Part shown: positions 36,132-48,252 of the stretch, piece by piece
Numbering within the stretch: position 1 is the stretch's first letter
How the letters are laid out: the number at the start of each line of letters is the position of its first letter
Source: Balanoglossus misakiensis
Lineage: Eukaryota; Animalia; Hemichordata
Reading direction: 5' to 3'
Length of the DNA: 64,000 nt
NCBI GenBank assembly: GCA_040954595.2
Contig: CM082584.2
Coordinates: 13,447,337 to 13,511,336, forward strand
Made by a program: the position numbers and the translations under genes
The notes under the pieces: model-generated
What the model saw: only the letters and a program-made list of their open reading frames with translations
Told to the model about the DNA's origin: nothing
The model's database searches: none

Positions 36132-39100
36132 ATGTCCATTTCAATGGCGTCGTTTTCGCTAAATTTTAGGATATGTCTATTCTTCACAGTAATGTGTCAC
36201 ATAGGAAAGGCTACAGGTAAGACACTAGTATACTGCACATAATTTTTTATCAAGGACAGGCACTAATTTTAGGGCTATACAGACATTATATATATGCACG
36301 ATGTTTTGTATATATTTCATTTATAAGTTCGGCCGTGTCAGTGATTTTCACAATCCGATATTTCGAAAAACGAAAGCGTGGCCCGGAACGTGAGCAGCTG
36401 TCGGGGTTTAACATTGAACAAACGACCTGTGTGCCCCATTTTTGTCGTATCTTGTGCGTCTGGCAGCTTTCGCAGGAGGAATTGAAACCTGTAACTGAGT
36501 CGAAACGAGACAGGGAAGTGCACGTATACGCGTCGTCGCCCGGATGTCGACATTGCAGGGCCCGCATATAGGTTTGTACGATGTGCACCGAACATCGCAA
36601 GCATTGGTGTCGAGCCGAACATGAAATATCAGGTTGTCTTGTCGATCTCCGTTTAATCGTCATTTTAGCTCACTGTGGCCTCAATACATAGTAAAATTGA
36701 AAGCGATCGTTTTGTCTTGCCGCAATCAACTTGAAGGCTTCGACCCGTGACATGATATCGATAGATTTTCTGCGGCATAGCCGACAGGTGGTTTTATCTG
36801 CAAGTCACGACGGTTTTATGAAAGTAGACAGTAAATGGTCTTAATGGATCCTTCTTGTCGAAGCTGTCATCGCTGATTTAGTGCCAAGGGGAGAAAATTA
36901 GGCAACATTTTCTGAAATTTACACATTGATATTAACACCGTCAAACACGTATGACGCAAAGGTGTGACTACCAGCGTTTTGACTGCTCATATAGAATTGT
37001 TAAGGCAGAGTTCAAGGAAAGACGTCGACGTCTGACAAGCGTCGCATTTGTTCATACGGAACACATGATATAAACATGCCTGTTTGAGTTGCCAAGCAAC
37101 CTATCTTTTAGTGGTCATACATAGCTCTGTATCCAAAACCTAGCGATTAGGTCTAGGCCTAATTGCCTGATGGGAAATACAATCACGAGCACATGTTCGG
37201 AAATTTTAGGGTGCGAGATATAAACACTTGACGTCAATAACATCTCATAATAAGTAATGGGCCTTTATAGCCGTGGCATTATGCCAACTTCTTGTAAATT
37301 GTACTCTGGTGGAAATAAACAATACCTGCCCTCGACAACTGACAATAAATATTCAGGTAAAATTCCGTCCATGTCTATCCTTATTGAATTCTGAATGGAG
37401 ACCGGTACAGGAAAGAGGTTTTTGATATTATTATATATTCACTTCGGCGATAGCGCAATGATATGTTCGTATCAAAACACTTTCTTGTGTGTATTTTCCA
37501 GTTTACATGGATGACAATTGTGGTCAGCGAATAACTCTTGCAGGCGACAGGCTGAAGTCGCAACAGGCTGCTACTTACAAATCGAATATGGACTGCAGGA
37601 TTACGCTGCAAGCCCCGAATACGGATTCGAGTTCTACGATGACGATAGTTCTAGATGTGAGTAATGGTTTCATTTGCCTGTCAGGGAATTTACTTCTTCT
37701 TGTTGACACGTGTGTATTGTTATCGTTTCGCGTTTTCCTCCACATCCTCGCGCAGGTCTAACAGCATTTAACCTAAGACCAAGTTTGACCACTTTGAAAA
37801 TAACGTTTATTGAGTAAATTAAATGCCTGCTTCGATGATTTCAATTCTATCATCAGATATATATATATACCTTTCCCTTCCACAGTTTGAGTCGATGAAT
37901 TTAGAGTCTGCGACAAGTACCTCCTGTTACGATTTTCTGGAAGTATATGATGGACCGAGCACAAACTCACAAGACCTGGTTCTAAGAGCCTGTGGTTCGT
38001 CTATTCCATCGAACATCTATTCAACAGGCGACACACTCACCCTCCGCTTGAAGACGGACGGAACTTACAGATTCAGTGGATTTTCTCTCATTTTCACAGC
38101 ATACTACTCAGGTATGTAATTAGAAACCCAAATAGGGCATATTTTTGCTTCCATGATTATATTTTGTCTAGTACATGATTTTCTCTTGTACTTACTGTAG
38201 TCATAGTGTTCTGAATGTTTATACGTTGTCGTGCCCTTTAACCCTTTCACCACCATGGGTCAGTCCAAACCCATTGTTGTCTACGGTTAAGTTGGACCTC
38301 TAAAGAGGGAACTAGGGGTGAAAGGGTTCAACTACCCATTACACATCAATATTAAACGATAATTTAATATCCAGGTTCATGCATTGATGACGACGAGGAA
38401 TTCTACTGTAGTTCTGGACGTTGTATAGATTCATCATTGGAATGTGATTGTAAAGACAACTGCGGTGACGATTCGGATGAATTCAGTTGTTCAACTTGCA
38501 AACCCGATGAGATCTACGGTAAGCCTAAGAAGTAGAATACATTCCAGATGGATGTAAATGTATAAATACTAGTAATAATAGATGTATATATCGAGTCTTT
38601 GTTTAGAAATGGAAGAATGACAGTGTTCGGTGTAAACAGGTAGAAACCAACTCTACGTAGAGTTTTAATTCTACTGTATTTGTGTTCACTTATTATTCAC
38701 AGGGGCAGATGTTGGTCTTTCGGCTGGTGCTATTATTGGCATTGTGGTGGCCGTTTTAATTGTGGTTGTGGTCGTCATAATCATTATTTGTGTGGTGTGT
38801 AACAAGAAGCAGAAGACAACCCGAGCTGTTGGTTCAAGTCATACCATGACGTCATCACGCACAGGTGGCCACCCTCCTCCTCCGCAGCCACAAATGCTTC
38901 ACATGTACCCTCCCCCAGCGCCTGGACCACCGCCTTACGCACCGCCTCCCTATGCACCGCCAGGCTACAGTGTGTCTATGGGCACTGCACCTGGTTACTA
39001 TCCTCCACCTCCCCAACAACAGCCATTCCCCCCTCAGCAACAGCAACAGCCGCCATTCCCCCCTCAACAACAATCACAACCGCCACCAGAGATGCCTGCC

Positions 39101-39295
39101 CCGGGCACTATATACAGTGACCAAGGCAATTCACCGGGAAATCTACCGGAACAGCCGGCACTTCCAGACCCAGCATACCCACCTCAAGGTGCACCACCTA
39201 CGGGGAACACAGGACACGGACCGCCAGCCCATGCTCAAGGAGCGACTAATCACGGTTTCCAAGACGACCCTGCATATCCACCAAGAACGTCATGA
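36132..39295 (+). CDS. CUB + LDL-receptor class A single-pass membrane protein with Pro/Gln-rich, PPxY-containing tail
   Basis: Exons 36132-36216 (signal), 37502-37656 and 37886-38111 (CUB: YKSNMDCRITL, CYDFLEVYDG, LKTDG...SGFSLIFTAY), 38375-38518 (LDLa: CSSGRCIDSSLECDCKDNCGDDSDE), 38703-39295 (TM, then PPPYAPPPY). Phases are consistent. Confidence 0.82.
38240..38328. mobile_element. Short MITE-like element with terminal inverted repeats (copy 1)
   Basis: Begins AACCCTTTCACC and ends GGTGAAAGGGTT (12-bp TIR). Intronic; related copy at 55369-55457. Confidence 0.65.
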
Positions 39296-40533
39296 ACAAA
39301 GACTGAGTAAAAGTCACATTGTAAATACTTTATACAAGAGCCGTGGAAAACAATCGTGTATTTGGAAATCACCAAAACGACTGGCGAATATACATGAACA
39401 AATAATATCCCGAGGCCCAATGTATGTATCGCTTTACAATTATTTTTTACTGATCTTTATTTTTTAAATTTTGTGTATCAAAGACAGCTTAATTGTCTAC
39501 TCGCGGCTTGCAAATGCATGATTAATGTCGTCATTGTTGACAATAGAATAACTCTCAGGACATTAACTCAATTGTCAACAATCAAAGCAATACCCTTTTA
39601 TTACAACCATATCATAAATCCAATATGGATTACATTTAGGGCGAACGACACGAAACAGGTATCGACAAATGGAATGAAAATACTGGGGGGATCAAAAACA
39701 ATCGTTGGGGTTTTAAATTCTATAATAAGCAAGCAAGCAAGACTGAACACATGATTTGACTAAATACACGAAAAAAACGGAGGAATTACAAGTGTACTTA
39801 ATTGGATGAAACGATGACGAGAATTTGTCTTCGTTCACCAAGATGCAAACCGTCCGCTTTCTAATTTTGATAATTTATTATTTTGACCTGAATACAGATT
39901 GTTTGAATCACAACCCTTTTAAATGTCTTACTATGCAAATTAATGAATGTTGCATAGACCCACTCAGCGCGAAATGTTCTGCAACTTGCTAGTTCTCTAA
40001 ATGCGTGTAATCTTGTGATTAATCGACTTAGTCCCGGTCGATCCATCTTGTAGTTAATTCCATTTACATGTATATAAGAATTCCTTTCCAACTGAGACTG
40101 ATGATGTTTTTCAGTGTCAGGCGCAATACAAGCGTCGATTGATTTGTTTTGACATCTTGACAACAGAACATAAATATGTACTGATATAACCAGTTAAACG
40201 TTATCGATTCCGTCTGTGCCTGTTTGCTTTTGGTTCCTGTAACGACATAATACTCGCGTGTATTTTAAACATAACAAACAAAGAACAGCAAATCGATGTT
40301 TATTATTTACATAGTTACAAATTCATATTTTTATCACATTGTTTTAAACACCACATGGGATCTGTCAGTATACTGACCGATGTCAACAACAAAGGCGTCT
40401 CTATCTTGGAACAATATACTTATTTGTGCATCATAGTATAAAATACGTTATTTGTCTGAGTAAAATGTTCAGTTGTTCCACTTTAGCAAATTGAAAATGT
40501 ACGCGCATTTCCAGTTTTTGACCTATGACCTAA

Positions 40534-42052
40534 CTACGTCACTACAATCAAGATGCCGATGACGACAATGCCGTAAATGATGAGACCACAGACAACGCCC
40601 ACATTGGACACCTTCAAAGCGATATCAGTGTGTGCGTCAGCTTTCCTCGGGTTGGTACTTCGAATGCAAAATGCCTGTCGTCAAGAAAAAGAAGAACATT
40701 TGTAATTTCTAATTATGTTGGCTTAACGAAATGGAATATTTGCTTCTGGTTGTTTTGGCAGCATTAATACAACATGACAAAATATTTTGACCAATCGATA
40801 ACGATTTATCAAACGCAACAAAGCAAAACAAACCATACAGGAGAAATCAAAATTTCGCTGGACTTACACTGATAGAATATATGAGCGCAACTATCCCCAG
40901 TATGAGACAGCAGAACAAGCCAGCTAGTATAGAATATATTAGAACAATAACGTCCTTTTTGAAAGATCCAGAGCCACCTGGCGGCTGTTCACTTGTTCTC
41001 TCAACAATAGTTATGTGTTGAACATCTGGGTAAGGCGCCATCTATGACAAAACAGAGACAATATCGTCAGTGTACTGCGCATCTCAGTGCCGGCAGCAAA
41101 ATCGCCCATTGAAGAGTCAGCACGTGTGAACTAAGGTTCTGAGATTGGTTCTGGGACAAAAAGGTAATATTACTTTATTTGTGTAGGATTACTCGATCCA
41201 CTTACACCAGAATGAGTCTGATCTGAGTATTGCCCATAAAATATTTGGTCACTTCCTTCGATGTTGTGAGGTGAATGATATTCTTGTCTTGGATACTGAA
41301 TGCCTGTCGAGGTGGATGGCGTCATCCATGCAGCATGCTGGGAATATTGTCCATGATTCTTGCCACCTGTTGGATTATTCTCCGCTCCCGCTGAGGAGAT
41401 TGCTTGGTCGTAAGAGGGCGGTTGTTCGGGGTCACTTGGATGTGCCCCCTCAACGTTCTGGATTTCTGTGGGCAGTAAACCATAGCACATACCAGAGATA
41501 TAAATGTTGTTCCACTGTTCTGTCACTGTCAACGAATCGGGTGGACCCCGGACTTTGGAATGACAAGTGTCAGCTGATGAGTCTACTGTTTAGTATATTC
41601 TATTTCCCCTTTCCCAAGTTTGTTGTTTTTGATTTCTCATGAAGAAATATGAAACAGGCTAAATCACATCACATCATTTTAAGGATTGTAAAGACAATCA
41701 TGATATACGTGGCTGTTTTTGTGACTTATGTTAGGAGTGTAATTTATGACAAGTACGTTTCATACAACAAAATTACTGACAAAAAATTGTTTTCGGTTAT
41801 CACTGCTATAGTGATATTGATGATTTATATCCACGAATTTTCAGCAAAATGGCGATCTGTTCTTCTACCAATGAAATACATTGATGCTACCTGTCTACCG
41901 AACTGATAATTCATTGATATCACTCTGGTCATGCATGTTTCATGTTAATAATGAACGACCAACACATACGAGTACGTTCTCTGGACGGTCAAATTCAATC
42001 GGGCAATTCGGAATCAATTAAAAGCGAGTGAATTACCTGGGCTCTCGGCCAT
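40534..42052 (-). CDS. CD225/dispanin (PRRT/IFITM-like) protein, paralog A
   Basis: Exons 42052-42037 (MAESP), 41465-41206 (Pro/Gln/Tyr-rich, PPSY), 41041-40868 (KDVIVLIYSILAGLFCCLILGIVALIYS), 40674-40534 (C-terminal TM). Confidence 0.8.
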
Positions 42053-42827
42053 TGTCGTCTTCTTCCTGAAATGGAACCAAATGTTCTGTTCTTGTTTGCA
42101 ACTACAGGTACGATAAGGTTGCTCTTCTGTACTCCAGCTTTATCGGTTGATAATTAACAGTGATGAGTTTTTCAGTGCGTCAATTGATGCGCCCTAGTCA
42201 TCCCATCGGCAGATGACGTCATGATGTGTTGTTGCTTTTTTAATTCTACCGAAAACAAATGTTAATTGCAATATTATCCATACATTAACCGAAGACAGGG
42301 TTCCATCATATGATATTATTGTTATCGACGTCACCATTGTCTATTTGTCCTAACACTGTGGACCACACAAACGACTTTTGATAGTATTAAATTAATATTT
42401 TTTGATGAGAATATTTTTCATAAAGTGACTTTTAATGATGACAAATAAAACTCCATACAAAGTACATGTATAATATAGTTGAAGAAATTAAGCAATTGAA
42501 CCGCTGTATATCTCCTCCGAAGTAGGTCAACAGCTGTTTATTAGTCTGCTGTATCTGTTTACTGAGAGGACCAAAACGGTTAAATATTGACCATATATCG
42601 ACGTCCTAACCACCACTGCAGGTAACGACATGATTTCTGAATAACTTATTTTAATAAAAACAATATGTACATCATTTGCACTCGAAAACTGTAGATGTTA
42701 TCGCTCCATCAACAGCAACCTTTTTTCATTAGCTATCTTGTCTCCACTTCTGTTGTTTGACTGGTTCGAGCGTGATAAAATATCTGGTGTTTAGTTCATC
42801 AGCATTGACATGAATGTGCAGATTGGC

Positions 42828-43929
42828 CTACGTAACTGAGACAATAATGGTGTATATAATAATCCCTAACCCTACTAAAGTTGTGAAAGTTGAGATTATC
42901 AAAGAATATTTAGTGAATCGATCAGCTCTTCCGTCCAATCCTGGTCTACCACGATACGACACGGCCTGAAATGAGAAAAAAGCATGTTTTGAGAACCAAA
43001 GTCCAGTACAGTTTAGCTATTGGCCTCGCCCAGAATATTACAAAACTACAACATGACAAGACAATGTTTGTTTAACCGTTTCCACACCAGTGATTTAAAA
43101 CTTGTCTGGCTATGTACTTACCAAACCAGAAAATACGATGGCAACTGTTCCAAGGGGACAGAAACAGAACAGACAGGCTACAACAGAGTAAACCAGAGCT
43201 GCGATGTCTTTGTGTACATTGGAATGAACTTGGTCTGATTCTCGCTGTATCATTGTCACTTGCGGTTGTTCGGGCTGCAATAAAAATAAAGTTCAGAGGT
43301 TATTGAAGCCACTGGTTTGGCATGTTGTATCATAGGCTTATGGCGAGTACTTCAAAATCAAACCACTGTCTCTCGACCTTCCATACTTCGATTGTTACAA
43401 ACAGTCAGTGAAATTCAAAATGCATGAAACGTATACCTCTTGACTTTGTATATTTGTACTGCATCGGTAATATTCCACAGTGACAGGAGCAAAATCTTGA
43501 TTCGGGTTCACAGGTGCGTAGGCAGGTTGGTCGGGGTATGGAACTGGTGTCTTTGTGGACATGTCACTCTGATTATTGTAAATGTCATGATACTGTGGAG
43601 GTGGATAGGATGGTTGAGGTGGGTCCAACGATGGTTGTGGTGATTCATCAACTGTTGGGTTTTCTGTGTGCAAAATACAACATCATCATCATCAGCAACA
43701 AGGCTTTTGTGGATTGTCAATAAGCAGGACTCAAACGCCATGAAATTATGATGACACAGCACTCTAATTGGTGTGAAGTGAGCTTGGCGTGGCGACCGTA
43801 CAGTCGCCATTACCAAAAACCGTGGACGGCCCAAATTTTCAGTTATGATACGTGTATCTCATCTTAAGCACAAAAACAAATATCTGTCCAGACAGACAAC
43901 TTACCAGGAGGATACTTCTCAGAAGCCAT
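42828..43929 (-). CDS. CD225/dispanin protein, paralog B
   Basis: Exons 43929-43905 (MASEKYPP), 43663-about 43437, 43274-43122 (KDIAALVYSVVACLFCFCPLGTVAIVFS), 42965-42828 (AVSYRGRPGLDGRADRFTKYSLIIS...TM). Confidence 0.78.
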
Positions 43930-44438
43930 ATCGATGTACACTTTCAAGGGTCCTTATTCATGGAAAAGTTCCTTTCAAACACACTGTGTTGATCACGTCT
44001 TCAACGGTCACAGTTAGCCCAATACTGACAATGACTATCTTGAAGTAGATTAGTAACATATTGTTAATCTTTGTTGTCTATTAATTGACATTTTTGTATC
44101 ACGGGTAGTGACTTCTCTGTTCAATGTGAACAGTTTTGGAACGGATGGCGAGTCATATGTGTGTGACAGAGGTGATATTTAAGCTGAAAATTAGTGCCAT
44201 TTGACTTGGATTAAGTATGTTTCTTTCGCTCATATGTCTCATAACACGCAAAAGACACCAAGAAAACCCTATGTTGCTAATTATTATAATATGTTTATTT
44301 TCTTTCTCACATTGCTGATTGGTGACTAACCAGATAACATCTCGAGTAATTTTAGGTGTCAGTGTAAAACATGTAACTGGCATAAAATAGGATTGTCATG
44401 ATAATTATACATTGAAACTCGTTGAGCAGTGTGGCGCC

Positions 44439-44585
<147 letters not shown>

Positions 44586-44609
44586 GTATCCCTTTTATCA
44601 GTCATGTTC

Positions 44610-45938
44610 TCAAGAAGTACATATGACTATGATCAGGCTTATTATCAAGATGACCCCGATTGCCGTGGCGACGGAGGAGAGGATCAGCGAGTACTTGGTG
44701 TACTGGTCAGCTTTGTCGTCTAGCCCGATCCTGCCACGGTTGGCCAGCGCCTGAAATAATAATAGTACAGCACGTTAGAAGAAACAATTAAGCGAGACAG
44801 ATTCTTTCCAAATAGAGAAGTGAAACAGGTTGCAGTTTAAACGACAGGACATAGTGATGTGCACCGTTCCGCGTGTGTTATCAAGCCTCGAAATGACACT
44901 CTGGAAACTTTTTTGGTTTAATATCAAAACCAACTTCCTGCGTCAAATTAGAACTTCTGATAGATGGAGGAATGGCACAAGGCAGCGTTCTCTGTTTGTC
45001 ACCAGACTATACTCACCATTCCAGAAAATACGATGGCAATAAGACCAATCGGCCAGAAGAAGAAGAGACATGCGCAAATTGAGTATATCAAAGCTCCAAT
45101 GTCTTTGCCTGTGGTTTCCTTTGGTGGTGTTTGAGTGACATCACGTTGCATCGGCGCGATGGTTTGTGGGTAGGTCTGCTGCATCTGGAATGAAAGTTTG
45201 AAATTAAAGATTGCTGGTAAATCAATTTAATTCGTGACAAAAAGTTCAAACCAATCGCATCAATTTGCATCTTCTGTGTACCCAAACTTTTTTCGCCACC
45301 TTTCTCATCTGTAATGGAAACTTTAGATATGACAAGTTTCTTAATGTATACCATTGGATACTGTGTGTTTTGTCCATAGGCGGGATAGCCAGGTGCATTT
45401 GTTTGGTAGTAGCCATACTGTTGATTCGGATAAGCTTGCTGGACAGGGTAAGGAGCCGTCGAGTCTGGAAGCGGTGCTTTTTCGGTCATGGTTTGTTCGC
45501 CTTGTCCGGTGTGAGGAACGGTGTTAGCGTAAGAGTACTGGTACACAGGTGGTGGTTCGTTTGGTGTTGGTGCTGTTGGTGGTGGGACGTAAGGCTCAGC
45601 ACCCGGCACATTCGCTGTAAAATTAACGGGACTAAATGACTTTTCTAAACTGGACAGCATTAGATGCTATACAGAAGGAACACGTAGGTATACGGATGAC
45701 ATTAAAATGTCAGGCAAACTCGATGTTGGCACTTTACACAAAAATTAGTCGCCTATTGGCAGTGTGGGTACTTTTCCAAACTCAATGTCAACAAAATGAT
45801 ATAATGACATCGCTGTATGTCGCATTATCTATATGTTATGAAGATCTCGAGAAAAGAGTTAGATATCATTGACAGTTTACATGCCATGTATATCGTCGTC
45901 ACGTCGCTGTATAACTCACCTTCACTCTCTGATGCCAT
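44610..45938 (-). CDS. CD225/dispanin protein, paralog C
   Basis: Exons 45938-45920 (MASESE), 45614-45352 (P/Y/Q-rich), 45184-45017 (KDIGALIYSICACLFFFWPIGLIAIVFS), 44750-44610 (ALANRGRIGLDDKADQYTKYSLILS...TM). Confidence 0.8.
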
Positions 45939-48252
45939 GTCAGCTCTGTGTGTCTATAAATGGGAGCAGGGATCGGCCAACGAAGATCGTGGTTCAAGTT
46001 AAATTTTCTGTGTCTTACTCAGCAACGCACATCCGCCTCAGTCTCTTCCTATCAGATATTAAGATATACACGTCAATCCGTTAAAAATTAACTCTATGAC
46101 GGCAATCACGAAAGGAATTTAACATTTGTTATGATCATACAGAGAAGTGTCCGAATTAACACAGAGGGTCAAACACACCAGATTTAGAAGTTAAGAAGAA
46201 GGGACTCGGAATAAAGTGAGACAATTTCTGTTTAATTATTAAAAGCGGGCACATTTGGATCAGATCTCTTCAAATGTGAATATGGTTTGAGCAAATAGAT
46301 ACTATTTTCACGGAGTACAAAGTTCAGCATGGTTGAAGCAAAGCTTTGTCAATGGTTTCTGAAATACATAAAGCGCCGACAGCCTATATGTGTATTTTTT
46401 AACGCTGCCGTTGGTGGCGCCGTACCAGGAAGTGAAAGTGGTCAGCAACAAGATCAGCTGAAATATGGCGTCTACGAGGAAGTGAAAATTGACACATCGG
46501 TTTCTGGCGTTTTTATGACGGGTGAGTACGAAGATTTGTTCTTGAAAGTTTCTTCTATATCATTTAGTTATGTTAGTTGTCTGATATTGCTCAGAAAATA
46601 GTTGGAATCCTTTCCCACGCCCCGTGAATCACGTCGACGGTCTGTTTACGTTTTATCAGTGCACTATACATACAGATACGAAAAGGTCAAACTTTAGGAA
46701 GCTGTATGTAATCTCTCAGATCAGAGAGTTGTTGTATAATGGATCGGTGACGATCTGCCGATAAGACATCAGTGGTGTCAAGGAAAGCGTTGAACTTGCA
46801 TACGATCGTCCGTGTGTCGCCGATTGTTTTTTTCGACTTCACGATCGACGATCGACAACAACATTTCGGCCACGCCCGCCACTTAACACCTCCAACAGGA
46901 ACTATCTCAGTGTGTTCGTGTTAATTGGATCCAAGGCGTTACTGGGAAGAAAACATTCTCTTTGTAAACGACTGATGACGTAAACATTCTCTTCGTTTAA
47001 TCTGTCGTGTCACTGTCAGACACATTTTTGTTGCCTTATCAAATCGTTTGAAAATACTGAATTTTACCACTTATTTGCATAACAATTAGAAAGCGAACGC
47101 GGAAATGAAAAAAAAAAAACTTTGAGAAAAATATACGTACTAGGCACTGTATTTACTTCAGTTGTAATGTTCAAATAATAATAATAGACATATGCAAAAT
47201 TTGCTTTTAAGTTTTTAAAAATTGGTCGATCGTGATTGGGTTGCAACTGTGTCTCTGACCTCAGTGACCCTGACTGGCAGAAATGCCCAGGTGGTACCTG
47301 GCCAGGGGGTAGCCAGCCTGAAGTTGAAATGAAGTGTCACTAAATATGATGTGAAAGACAAACTACTTGATAATTACTAAAAAAATGTATTTGGATACCA
47401 CTCATAAATCAGTGAGCGAAAAAAACTTTGCAGTTGACCATCATTGACAGAACGTTGCGTCAAATACTGGTCTATCCTATGTTGCTGTCGAGCCTGAGGG
47501 AATGCCTCTAGCATGTTGTTTTACTTTGATTTATATTTCTGTCACATCCTTCATGCAGGCTCCTTGTATAAAGTACGTGTTGTAACAAAACACACAGCAA
47601 TGTTTATAAGTGTCAGTGGTATGACTACTTGTTGCTGTTGACAGTGACAAGTTTCTGAAGTGGGATTCCTTGTTAGTGCCCTCAACGATATTCTAATGAA
47701 TGCTTTTGTTTTACATGTATATCTGATTTCAGTCAATTTAAAAAGTAAAAAGAAAAGTACTGAAACAATGCACTCAGCCACTTAATGATTTTTTTCACTG
47801 AGAAAAGGTCAAAAGCTCATGAAAAGTTTCAAAATGTTCATGATTCATCATGGTTGAAAACATTTTTTGCAACTGCAAAAAGTTCTGTGCTGTGCTTGTC
47901 CTGTCAGGGTCAGGTAAGGGACACGGTTGAGGTTAAGGACCCTTTATAATCAATATGTTATTTTTCACTGAATATCCACTGAGAGATTTTCATGATTGTG
48001 TCAAGATTTTGTAAGAGGAAAATAGACCGACTCTGGAATAAAATGTAGCGTAGGCAGGGTTCTATGGAAAAGGGATGTGGTATATAGTCATGTGATAGTG
48101 GTACAACACGTAGACAAAGGTAAATGTGGGTCAGCGAGTATGCAGGATTATGCATGTGTCTATAGCCATTTCATGTACATTTGTGTGTGCGTCTTATGCT
48201 AATGGTTTCATCTATTAACAGTTCCTTTGTTTTTGTTTCAGAAAATTCAGCT

